Source: Gemmatimonadales bacterium
GTDB lineage: Bacteria; Gemmatimonadota; Gemmatimonadetes; Gemmatimonadales; GWC2-71-9
NCBI GenBank assembly: GCA_035576905.1
Contig: DATLWA010000034.1
Location: 1-41,546 of the forward strand
DNA length: 41,546 nt
Reading direction: 5' to 3'
The position numbers and the translations under genes are program-made. Positions 16,958 through 25,177 of the stretch are shown here, piece after piece (the first letter of the stretch is position 1; the number at the start of each line of letters is the position of its first letter). The notes below the pieces were generated by a model, which did not search any database, was not told where the DNA came from, and was given only the letters and a program-made list of their open reading frames with translations.

Positions 16958-18442
16958 TCAATTCACGGTGAGATCGAATGCCCCGGTCAGAATCCGTCCG
17001 CCGCGCCGCACCTGCACCCACATGCGATAGCGGCCGGGGCGCGGGAACGAATACGGGAAAGTCAGCGCGGGCGCCATCCCCGCCATGGCGGCGTGCGCGG
17101 CGGTGTCCTCGAAGGCGGTGATGCGCCGGCCCAACGTGCCCGGCGTCGTGTCGCCCGGCTGCCGCAGCTGAAAGACCAGCTGCGACGCCGTCGCGATCGT
17201 GCCGAGCGGATGGAGGTGGATGAAGACCGATCCGTCAGCGGTCGCGATCACCGCGTGCGCCGCCATTCCCATGTACGGCTCGAGCGCCACAGCGCGTCCA
17301 TCCCGCCCCACGACCGCGAAGAGCAGCTCGACGTCCTGTCCCGCGAGCAGGGGCTGCGAGTCCCAGCGCATGATCGACCCGTCCGCCAGCGTGTCCTGCG
17401 GCTGACTGACCGTGGCGGGCTGATGGCTCTCCCACCAGGCGTCGTCCGGATCGGATGGGCGCCACGCCGTAACGGGGGCGGCGATTGCCACGGTGTCGAC
17501 CAGCGTTTGCGCGAACCCGCTTTCGTGCACGACGTCGGCGTACACGCGGTAGCGGCCGGGCGGGAGCGGCGGCAGCGCGGCATTGAAGATGTTCGAGTCC
17601 TTCGCCACGGGATGGAGATGCGCGAAGGCGCTCGCATCGTCGCGGATCAGGAAGAGGTGCATCAGCTTGCCGTGGTCCGGAATCAGCGGCGTCCAAGAGC
17701 GGCGGCTGGTCCAGGTGGAGTCGTCGATCGTGAAGCGGATCACCCGGCTCGCGCCTTCCGCCTGGATGTGCGTGGCTGCATGCAGCGGTCGGAACATGTT
17801 GCGGCTGTAGTCCGCGTCCTCCGCATTCCACCACGCACGCCCGCCCCACAGGGCGACGACCAGCACCACCGCGCCCCCCGCCATCACGACACGAGCGCGC
17901 CGCCGGCGCGCCGGGTCGGCTTCCACGCCCGGATCGAGCACGCTGTCGCGGGCCGCGGCGCCCACGATGGTGAGCGCGCCCACCGTCAGGAACAGGCCCA
18001 GGCCGATCATCATCGCGCGCAGGGTGAGATCGAACGGCAGGCGCCGCGTGGCGACCGCCATCACCGGCACGATCACCGTGCCGCGCCCGCCGGCGCCGTC
18101 CACGGTGACCTGCACGCTGTAGGAGCCGAACTGCATCAGCCACAGCTGCGCCGTGTACAGGTCGCTCGTGCCCGCGACCGCACGCGCCGTGTCGGCGGGC
18201 GGCAACGCGGCCGTGCCGCGCCCGCCGCGCAGCGGCAGCACGGTGATGGTCTGCACGGCTGGCCCGCCCGTCGTGCGTACCGTGATGTCGGCGAGTCCGG
18301 GCACGACGCCCGGCAGGCGGACGACCACGCGCACGGCGTACGGACCGGCTGCTCCCTCGAACACCGTGTCGGGGCTGCCGACGTGCGCCGAGGCGACGGC
18401 GACAACGGCGGCGAGTAAGAGGAACCGCCCGAGGCGGCGCAT
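16958..18442 (-). CDS. Uncharacterised bitopic envelope protein: exported N-domain starting with His, a TM hairpin, and a duplicated H-x12-H-x-H module
   Basis: 494 aa. The signal peptide ends ...AVASA|HVGSPD. Hydrophobic helices lie at aa ~143-163 and ~186-200. Two homologous ~90-aa modules read GKLMHLFLIRDDASAFAHLHP...PPGRYRVY (H262/H275/H277) and GMAAHAVIATADGSVFIHLHP...RPGRYRMW (H396/H409/H411). The ATG directly abuts the upstream stop (TAAATG at 18445-18440). Confidence 0.6.
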   Translation of the reverse strand: MRRLGRFLLLAAVVAVASAHVGSPDTVFEGAAGPYAVRVVVRLPGVVPGLADITVRTTGGPAVQTITVLPLRGGRGTAALPPADTARAVAGTSDLYTAQLWLMQFGSYSVQVTVDGAGGRGTVIVPVMAVATRRLPFDLTLRAMMIGLGLFLTVGALTIVGAAARDSVLDPGVEADPARRRRARVVMAGGAVVLVVALWGGRAWWNAEDADYSRNMFRPLHAATHIQAEGASRVIRFTIDDSTWTSRRSWTPLIPDHGKLMHLFLIRDDASAFAHLHPVAKDSNIFNAALPPLPPGRYRVYADVVHESGFAQTLVDTVAIAAPVTAWRPSDPDDAWWESHQPATVSQPQDTLADGSIMRWDSQPLLAGQDVELLFAVVGRDGRAVALEPYMGMAAHAVIATADGSVFIHLHPLGTIATASQLVFQLRQPGDTTPGTLGRRITAFEDTAAHAAMAGMAPALTFPYSFPRPGRYRMWVQVRRGGRILTGAFDLTVN

Positions 18443-19609
18443 TTAACGCTTCACCCGCGTCATCCAGTTGCCCCACGCCAGGCCGATGCGCGCCGACAGC
18501 GTCCCCAGCAGCGCCGCCACGGGCAGCCACAGCGCCGGGCTCCTGGCTCCCAGGATGCCGTCTGCGGTATTCCAGAACTGATGCTCGAACGGGCCGGGGC
18601 GAGAACTGTAGTCCCAGCGGCTCGCGCCGAACAAGAACGTCTCGGAGCGAGAGGAAATCAGGAACGGTGCGACCGTCCACTGCACCACGAACAGCACGGC
18701 GACGAACACGACGCCCACCGCGAGCGCCTGCACCCAATCATTCGCCCGGCCGCGCAGCCGGTGCGTGACCAGGTCCACGCCCAGCGCGGGGATCACCAGC
18801 AGCATGGGGAATGGCGGCGGCACCATGTGGGTGACCGATCGGTAAATCGGCGCGAGCCGCGCCGTCGCCGGGAACAGCTGCAAGATCCACAACATCAAGA
18901 GCGTGACGGCCATGTACACGACGGCCGTTGCCGTGGCGGGCCACGCAAGCCGCGAGGCGCGCGCGGCCGCGACGAGGAACAACAGCACGCCGAACGCCGC
19001 GACCTGATAGTAGAGCGCGTTGTGCATGTCGTTGGCGAACGCGATCTGGTTGAAGCCCATGATCGTCACGTTCGTGACCAGCAGGCCGGCGGCGTACACG
19101 AACATCCACTTGAGCGCGGGCGGCGGCGGACCGGCGGAGCGGTTCTGCAGCGCCAGCGCCATCAACAGGGCGCCGAGCTGGATGCCGGTGAAGCCCAGCG
19201 CCAGCAGCACGTGCGGCGGCGACAGCACCTTCACGTCGAGGCCGTAGGCGTTGTGCCACCAGTTGTCGAACGGCGCGCTCGTGATCATGGCGAACGCGCC
19301 CCAGATCGCCACCCACGCGCCCAGCGGCCCGCGGAATCCCCAGAACCGCACGCCCGCCGCGCGCTCCTCGGGTGTGCCCGCGAACGTGGTGCGCAACACG
19401 AGGAAGCCGCACGCGCAGCCCGCCAGCACGCCGCCGAGATAGATGGCCATGTGGGCGGGCGTCCAGAACGTGTCGCGCCCGATGGTGCGGTGCCACGAGA
19501 TGTCCCAGATCACACCGACGACGGTGCTCGTCGCGGCCAGCAACACGGCGCTGAGGTACCAGGGAACGGGAGCGGTGGTGCGGGGGTCGGGTGCGGTGGC
19601 TGCGGTCAT
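18443..19609 (-). CDS. Uncharacterised polytopic membrane protein with four conserved-looking His motifs
   Basis: 388 aa with about 10 predicted TM helices. The motifs WDISWH, TPAH, DNWWH and SPPH all fall in the first ~140 aa near helix ends. It is the first gene of the minus-strand run. I recognise no family. Confidence 0.6.
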   Translation of the reverse strand: MTAATAPDPRTTAPVPWYLSAVLLAATSTVVGVIWDISWHRTIGRDTFWTPAHMAIYLGGVLAGCACGFLVLRTTFAGTPEERAAGVRFWGFRGPLGAWVAIWGAFAMITSAPFDNWWHNAYGLDVKVLSPPHVLLALGFTGIQLGALLMALALQNRSAGPPPPALKWMFVYAAGLLVTNVTIMGFNQIAFANDMHNALYYQVAAFGVLLFLVAAARASRLAWPATATAVVYMAVTLLMLWILQLFPATARLAPIYRSVTHMVPPPFPMLLVIPALGVDLVTHRLRGRANDWVQALAVGVVFVAVLFVVQWTVAPFLISSRSETFLFGASRWDYSSRPGPFEHQFWNTADGILGARSPALWLPVAALLGTLSARIGLAWGNWMTRVKR

Positions 19610-19667
19610 GCGACGATCCTCTCGGTGACGAGCAAAGCTACGGACGCCGCTCTGGCGCGTCTACCAG

Positions 19668-19689
19668 GCGCGGGCTATCCTAGCCGCGC
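19668..19689 (+). promoter_or_regulatory. Leader hairpin 22 nt upstream of the OFA transporter start (function unknown)
   Basis: gcgcgggcta tcc tagccgcgc forms a 9-bp stem with one bulged G and a 3-nt loop, inside the 102-nt divergent spacer 19610-19711. Confidence 0.3.
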
Positions 19690-19711
19690 ACCGTCATTGC
19701 GGAGACGCTCG

Positions 19712-21127
19712 ATGGCCGGCTGGCTCGCCAAGCAACGGATTGTCGCGCAGCCCGGTTTCAATCGCTGGCTGGTGCCGCCCGCCGCCCTCGCCATTCATCT
19801 CTCCATCGGCATGGCCTACGGGCTCAGCGTGTTCTGGCTACCGCTGTCGCGCGCGATCGGGATCACCGCGCCCGCGGCCGGCGACTGGAAAGTCAGCACG
19901 CTCGGCTGGACGTTCTCGCTGGGCATCGTCTTCCTGGGACTGTCCGCCGCGGTCTTCGGCCGCTGGCTGGAGCGCGAGGGCCCGCGCAAGGCCGGTGTCG
20001 TCGCGGCGTTCTGCTGGGGCGGCGGCTTCGCGATCGGCGCCCTCGCGGTCCGCCTCCACAACATCTGGCTCCTCTACCTCGGCCTCGGCATCATCGGCGG
20101 CTGCGGGTTGGGGCTGGGCTACATCTCACCCGTTTCGACGCTGATCAAGTGGTTTCCCGATCGCCGCGGCATGGCCACCGGCATGGCGATCATGGGCTTC
20201 GGCGGCGGCGCGATGATCGGCTCGCCGCTCGCCAACATCCTCATGAACCACTTCAAGACGGCGACGTCGGTGGGCGTGGAGGAGACGTTCCTCACGATGG
20301 GCGCCATCTACTTCGTGGCGATGCTCGCCGGCGCGTTCGGCTACCGCCTGCCGCCGCCCGGCTGGCAACCCGCCGGGTGGACCCCGCCGCCGCAAGCCAA
20401 CGCGATGATCACCAAGCGGCAGGTGCACGTCGATCAAGCGTGGCGCACGCCGCAGTTCTGGATGCTGTGGGTCGTGCTGTGCATGAACGTCAGCGCGGGC
20501 ATCGGCGTGATCAACATGGCGTCGCCGATGCTGCAGGAGGTGTTCGGCGGCCGGCTCGTCGGCGCGATCGGCACGCTCAAGGATCTCAGCGACGCGCAGA
20601 AGGTGCAGGTCGCGACGATCGGCGCCGGCTTCGCGGCGCTCCTCAGTCTGTTCAACATCGCCGGCCGGTTCTTCTGGGCGTCGCTGTCGGATTACATCGG
20701 CCGCAAGCGCACGTATTTCATCTTCTTCTCACTCGGCATCGTGCTGTACGCGCTGGCCCCGACGGCGGGCGCTGCGGGCAGCGTGGCCCTGTTCGTGGCG
20801 ATCTTCTGCGTGATTCTCACGATGTACGGCGGGGGCTTCGCCACCATTCCCGCCTACCTCGCCGACATGTTCGGCGTGGTGCACGTCGGCGCGATCCACG
20901 GCCGCCTCCTCACCGCGTGGTCCACCGCCGGCGTGCTGGGTCCGGTGCTGGTGAACTACCTGCGCGAGTACCAGCTCGGCCACGGCGTGCCCGCCGCCCA
21001 GGCGTACAACACGACGATGTACATCCTGGCGGCGCTGCTCGTGGTGGGGTTCGTCGCGAATCTCATGGTCCGGCCCGTGTCGGAGCGGTACTTCATGACC
21101 GACGCGCAGCTCGCGGCGGTGCGATGA
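19712..21127 (+). CDS. OFA-family (oxalate/formate antiporter-like) MFS transporter
   Basis: ATG at 19712 gives MAGWLAKQRIVAQPGFNRWLVPPAALAIHLSIGMAYGLSVFW. It has 12 TM helices and the conserved FPDRRGMATG loop between TM2 and TM3. The 377 upstream codons of the track ORF are antisense to the preceding gene. Confidence 0.8.
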   Translation: MAGWLAKQRIVAQPGFNRWLVPPAALAIHLSIGMAYGLSVFWLPLSRAIGITAPAAGDWKVSTLGWTFSLGIVFLGLSAAVFGRWLEREGPRKAGVVAAFCWGGGFAIGALAVRLHNIWLLYLGLGIIGGCGLGLGYISPVSTLIKWFPDRRGMATGMAIMGFGGGAMIGSPLANILMNHFKTATSVGVEETFLTMGAIYFVAMLAGAFGYRLPPPGWQPAGWTPPPQANAMITKRQVHVDQAWRTPQFWMLWVVLCMNVSAGIGVINMASPMLQEVFGGRLVGAIGTLKDLSDAQKVQVATIGAGFAALLSLFNIAGRFFWASLSDYIGRKRTYFIFFSLGIVLYALAPTAGAAGSVALFVAIFCVILTMYGGGFATIPAYLADMFGVVHVGAIHGRLLTAWSTAGVLGPVLVNYLREYQLGHGVPAAQAYNTTMYILAALLVVGFVANLMVRPVSERYFMTDAQLAAVR

Positions 21128-21231
21128 CGCGGCGCTGGGTGACGGTCGCCGTGGCTTGGGCCCTGGTGGGAATCCCCTTGTGCTGGGGCGTCTACAAGAC
21201 GCTGCAGACGGCGGTCAAGCTGTTCCGGTAG
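21124..21231 (+). CDS. 35-aa single-TM peptide translationally coupled to the OFA transporter (MFS small-subunit type)
   Basis: An ATGA overlap with the transporter stop occurs at 21124-21127. The product is MTRRWVTVAVAWALVGIPLCWGVYKTLQTAVKLFR, with one TM helix and a basic tail. Similar mini-ORFs follow OFA transporters in other genomes as far as I recall. Confidence 0.5.
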   Translation: MTRRWVTVAVAWALVGIPLCWGVYKTLQTAVKLFR

Positions 21232-23137
21232 CCGGCCGGTCCACGACGTAGGCTTCCATCGCGTAATACTCGGGCAGCCCCAGCCGGTCGGCGTGGGCGG
21301 CCGTCTCGAGATTGCGCGCTTCCACCCGCTGCCAGAACTCGCGGTCGTCGTGCCCGCCGGGGAAGGGTGCGGTGTCTTTCTGCGATTCGTGGCGGAAGAT
21401 CGCCATGACCTTGGCCCGCAGCTCGTCCTGCGACAGCGGCACCAGCACGTCCGCTTCCGTGAGCGACCACTCCTGCCAGGCGCCGCGATACAACCAGATG
21501 GCGGGGCGCGGCGGCGTGAGCCGCTCGAGCGCGCGGTCGATCGCCACTTTGCACATGCGGTGCGTGCCGTGCGGGTCCGACAAGTCGCCCGCCACGAACA
21601 CGTAGTCGGGCCGCACGTCCGCCAGCAGCGCCGCGACGATGGCCACATCCGCCTCTGCGACGGGCCGCTTGCGCACCTCGCCGGTGCGGTAAAACGGCAG
21701 GTCGAGAAAGCGCGCCGCCGAGCGCGGCAGGCCCGCGGCCTCGAGCGCCGCGATCGCCTCGGACTCGCGGATCACTTTTTTCAGGGTCTGCACCAGCGGC
21801 GTGTCGACGTCGCCGGGCGCTTTGCGCTCGAAGCCCCCTTCGACCTCCGCGCGCACGGCGCGCGCCCGCTCCGCATCGAGCCCCAGCGCGGCGGCCGCGC
21901 GGTCCACGAAATCGAGATGGCGCTCCACGTCGTGATCGAACACGGCGATGTTGCCGCTCGTCATGTAGGCCACCACCACGGCGTTTTCGTTGTCCCACAG
22001 CTTGCGCAGCATGCCGCCCATCGAGATCACGTCGTCGTCGGGATGGGGCGAGAAGACGAGCACGCGCTGCCGCATCGGCAGCTTGGAGCGGCCGCGGATC
22101 TTGTCCTTGAGCCGGTTGAACACCTCGCCGTTGATGGGGCCGGGCGCGCCGTACTTCGCGAGCAGCGGCCCGAGATGGTGCTCGCTGTAGTCGCGCGCCG
22201 TGAGCTTGAGAATCGCTTTCCCGGTGCGCTCGGCGAGCCATACCACCGCGCGCTCGACCAGCGGCGGCGTCCACGTCACGCTCTCCAACAACCAGGGCGT
22301 GTTGACGCGCGTCAGCTCGGCTGCCGCGGCAAGGTCGAGGTACACGGTGGCGTTGGGGTGGCGCTGCAGGTACGTGGCCGCGACGTCGGCGGAGACATCG
22401 CCTTCCACGGCGCGGCGCACGATCTCGGCCTTGTGCTCGCCCGTCGCGATCAGCGCGACCTCGCGCGCCGCGAGAATCGTCGCGACGCCCATCGTGACGG
22501 CCTCGCGCGGGACGTTGTCCTCGCCGAAGAAATCGGCCGCCGCGTCCTTGCGGGTGATGGCGTCGAGCCGCACCAGACGCGTGCGCGAGTCCGCCGCCGA
22601 GCCCGGCTCGTTGAAGCCGACGTGCCCGCTCTTGCCGATGCCGAGCAGCTGGAAGTCGATGCCGCCGGCGTCGGCGATGGCGCGCTCGTAGGCGGCGCAA
22701 TGCTCGGCCAGCTGCTCGCGCGGCACGGCGCCGTCGGGGATGTGCACGTGCGCGGGCGGGATGTTCACGTGGGCGAAGAAATTCTCCCACATGTAGCGCC
22801 GGAAGCTGCGTGGGCTGTCGGGCGCGATCGGGTAGTACTCGTCGAGATTGAACGTGACGACGCGGGCGAAGTCCACCTCGCCCGCCTCGTGGCGGCGGAT
22901 CAGCTCCTGGTAGACGCCCAGCGGCGTACTGCCCGTGGCGAGGCCCAGCACGCAGCGGCCCTTGGCGGCGGTCTCGCGCTCGATCGTCGCGGCGATGCGG
23001 TCGGCGAGCAGGCGGGCGAGGTCGTCGTGATCGGGCAGGATGACGGTGGGGATGCGTTCGCGGTCGCGAGCGCCCTCCACGAACGCGAAGGGCCCGCGCC
23101 GCGCGCGGGCCCCCGAGACCGAATCGCGTGCGTCCAT
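21215..23137 (-). CDS. nagB: Long-form glucosamine-6-phosphate deaminase: NagB domain fused to a C-terminal LmbE/PIG-L-type deacetylase domain
   Basis: 640 aa. The NagB-like half contains LGLATGSTPLGVY, FNLDEY and LLGIGKSGHVGFNEPGS. The LmbE-like half contains VLVFSPHPDDDVISMGG, VAYMTSG and DLSDPHGTHRMC. Confidence 0.8.
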   Translation of the reverse strand: MDARDSVSGARARRGPFAFVEGARDRERIPTVILPDHDDLARLLADRIAATIERETAAKGRCVLGLATGSTPLGVYQELIRRHEAGEVDFARVVTFNLDEYYPIAPDSPRSFRRYMWENFFAHVNIPPAHVHIPDGAVPREQLAEHCAAYERAIADAGGIDFQLLGIGKSGHVGFNEPGSAADSRTRLVRLDAITRKDAAADFFGEDNVPREAVTMGVATILAAREVALIATGEHKAEIVRRAVEGDVSADVAATYLQRHPNATVYLDLAAAAELTRVNTPWLLESVTWTPPLVERAVVWLAERTGKAILKLTARDYSEHHLGPLLAKYGAPGPINGEVFNRLKDKIRGRSKLPMRQRVLVFSPHPDDDVISMGGMLRKLWDNENAVVVAYMTSGNIAVFDHDVERHLDFVDRAAAALGLDAERARAVRAEVEGGFERKAPGDVDTPLVQTLKKVIRESEAIAALEAAGLPRSAARFLDLPFYRTGEVRKRPVAEADVAIVAALLADVRPDYVFVAGDLSDPHGTHRMCKVAIDRALERLTPPRPAIWLYRGAWQEWSLTEADVLVPLSQDELRAKVMAIFRHESQKDTAPFPGGHDDREFWQRVEARNLETAAHADRLGLPEYYAMEAYVVDRPATGTA

Positions 23138-23147
23138 ACCAGCGATT

Positions 23148-23705
23148 CTAGAAGAATTTGTCGTTTATGACAACGTGGGCGTGCAAGGCCGTGAGGACGA
23201 GCTTGCCGTTGGCGATCGGCGTGAGGCCCGCCTGCAGGTGCCCCCGGATTCCGATCCACACCTTGGACTTGGTGAACAGCGTATCGATCGCCTGCGTCAA
23301 ATTGCCGCTGAGGTGCAGCGTGTCGGGGCCGCCCGTGGTGATCGTCACGGTGTCGGAGTACAGGGCGGGCGCGCCGCTGAACGTGGACGCGGAGTCGCTC
23401 GCGAAGAACACCTGGTAGTACATCGAGCCGCTGCCCGTGGTGTTCGTGTGCACCATGACACCGGTCAGGCTCACGGTGTCCACCACGGAGTTGCTCAGCG
23501 AAGGCGGCAGCTGCACGCTCATCGGCGTGTTGTCGACCGTCACGCCGGTGCTCGCCGGGATCGGCGTGGGGAAGGTGATCGTGTCGCTGCCCGACCCCAG
23601 AATGAAGCTCCCGATATCCACGTTAATGATGAGATGCCCCTCACCGCACGCCAGCGCCACACAGGCCCCTACGGCCAGCGCCAGTCCCAGTCTGGTCTTG
23701 TTCAT
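23148..23705 (-). CDS. Lipoprotein of unknown function (Thr/Ser/Gly-rich beta-type sequence)
   Basis: 185 aa. AGGAGA lies upstream. The lipobox region reads LALAVGACVALAC|GEG. The gene sits 10 nt downstream of the barrel gene and 10 nt upstream of nagB. Confidence 0.55.
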   Translation of the reverse strand: MNKTRLGLALAVGACVALACGEGHLIINVDIGSFILGSGSDTITFPTPIPASTGVTVDNTPMSVQLPPSLSNSVVDTVSLTGVMVHTNTTGSGSMYYQVFFASDSASTFSGAPALYSDTVTITTGGPDTLHLSGNLTQAIDTLFTKSKVWIGIRGHLQAGLTPIANGKLVLTALHAHVVINDKFF

Positions 23706-23715
23706 GGCGCGTCTC

Positions 23716-25047
23716 CTAATAGATCGTCAGCGAGGTCGCCATCACGATCCCGCGTTCGCTCGAAAGGTTTTGACTGGTCGTGGCGAAGCCCACGTCCAGG
23801 CCCAGGAACCCCAGGCGCACGCCGCCGCCCCAGCCGAACTGGATCTGCTTGCGGCGGTCGCGCGCGACGCCGCCGCGCAGCGCGAGGGGCCCGAATCTCT
23901 TCTCCGCGCCGACGTGGACGGTCGTACCGCGGCCCGAGTTCAGGATGTTGACGCCAAAGGTGATGTCGCCCGTGTGATATGTGACGTTGCCGAGGTACGA
24001 GACCGGCAGCTTGCTCTTGCTCTGCGCGTTCGAATCGAGCACCGTCTTCACGAACTTGTTGCTCGCGGTGTCGTACGCCACGCTGTCGATCTCCGTCTGC
24101 GGCCACGTGAGGGTCGCCCCGATGTCGTTCACGCCGAGGCCGAACTCGATCGGGCCCTGGATCACCACGAGGCCCACGTCGCCGCCCGTGCCCGTGCCGA
24201 AATGCTTGCCCGGGTGGTTGGTGAAGCGGTAGACCACGGAGCCTTCGGGCGTCACCGATACGCTGTCGCCGAAGATCGGGCTGCCGGTGCGGAGGCCCGC
24301 CACGCCGCCGCCCTGGGCGTACGCGACGCCGAAGTAGCGGTGCACGTTGGCGCCGAGATAGAGGCCGTGGTCCGGGTCCGGCCCGGCGATCTTGCCGGCC
24401 CAGCCGAGCGACGGCGCGAAACCCGCCTGCGCGCGGCCGGATGGGAGCAGGTCGTAGGACGTGGTGTCGTGTGCCTGGCTGCCGTTGCGCAGGAAGGCGC
24501 GCAGGGTGTCGCTCAGGTCGACGCCAATGTCTTCCTCGATGAACGCGAACACACTGAGCCGCACACCCTTGATGCCGAAGCCGATATCCATCAGGCGGCT
24601 GGACCCGCCGAACGCGAAGCGGTCCTGAGGGATCAGCGCCTTCGCCAGGCCGAGGTCGATGGACAGCGAGTCCTTACCGACCCCGATCGCGATGTCGTTG
24701 GTGGGGGTGGGCGGTTTCTTGATCTGATAGAAGATCGGCGGATTCAGGATCAGGTTCGCGATCGCGATCGGATTGAAGTTCGGATCCTTGGTGTCGAACG
24801 TGATGTTGGAGTCTTTGATCGCCTGGAGGATGCCGAGCGGGATCGGGATGGTGAGCCCGCCCTGGTCGTTCTTGCCCTTGGGCGCCGCGCGATAGGCGGC
24901 GTTGTAGCGCTGCAGGTCGCCGTCGCGGTGCAGGCTCACGCCCGCCATCCCGATGCGCCGGGCATCGAAGCTGAACTGGGCGCGGGCGGGAACCGCCGCT
25001 GCCGCAGTGAGGACGACGAGACCGATGGCTGACGGGCGAAACCTCAC
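23716..25047 (-). CDS. Putative outer-membrane beta-barrel protein (FadL/PorV/TraF-like N-terminal motif)
   Basis: GTG start at 25047. The signal peptide reads MRFRPSAIGLVVLTAAAAVPARA|Q. The N-terminal motif FDARRIGMAGVSL resembles the aRslGMGGa motif of FadL/PorV-type barrels. The sequence alternates hydrophobic residues and is Gly-rich throughout, and it ends with an aromatic residue (...MATSLTIY). Confidence 0.55.
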   Translation of the reverse strand: MRFRPSAIGLVVLTAAAAVPARAQFSFDARRIGMAGVSLHRDGDLQRYNAAYRAAPKGKNDQGGLTIPIPLGILQAIKDSNITFDTKDPNFNPIAIANLILNPPIFYQIKKPPTPTNDIAIGVGKDSLSIDLGLAKALIPQDRFAFGGSSRLMDIGFGIKGVRLSVFAFIEEDIGVDLSDTLRAFLRNGSQAHDTTSYDLLPSGRAQAGFAPSLGWAGKIAGPDPDHGLYLGANVHRYFGVAYAQGGGVAGLRTGSPIFGDSVSVTPEGSVVYRFTNHPGKHFGTGTGGDVGLVVIQGPIEFGLGVNDIGATLTWPQTEIDSVAYDTASNKFVKTVLDSNAQSKSKLPVSYLGNVTYHTGDITFGVNILNSGRGTTVHVGAEKRFGPLALRGGVARDRRKQIQFGWGGGVRLGFLGLDVGFATTSQNLSSERGIVMATSLTIY

Positions 25048-25074
25048 GAAGCACCTCGTTGCCGAAGACTAGGC

Positions 25075-25106
25075 CGCCGCCCCCGGAGCAGATTCCGGAG
25101 GCGGCG
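25075..25106 (-). terminator. Strong hairpin between the 4-helix membrane protein gene and the barrel gene (terminator or 5'-UTR element)
   Basis: Positions 25075-25087 pair with 25094-25106 (13 bp, 6-nt loop). The single imperfect position is C-A on the plus strand but G-U on the minus-strand RNA, so the structure is better in the sense transcript. There is no clean U-tract. Confidence 0.4.
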
Positions 25107-25152
25107 CGAACACTGGCCACTCCAAGCTAATGCTTGCCTGACCTCGGTGGGC

Positions 25153-25166
25153 GTGACCGCGGTCAC
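25153..25166. repeat. Perfect 14-nt palindrome GTGACCGCGGTCAC, 12 nt downstream of the 25178 stop
   Basis: Read directly from the sequence. It could be a short hairpin or a dimeric protein-binding site. Confidence 0.5.
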
Positions 25167-25177
25167 TTCACGATGCT

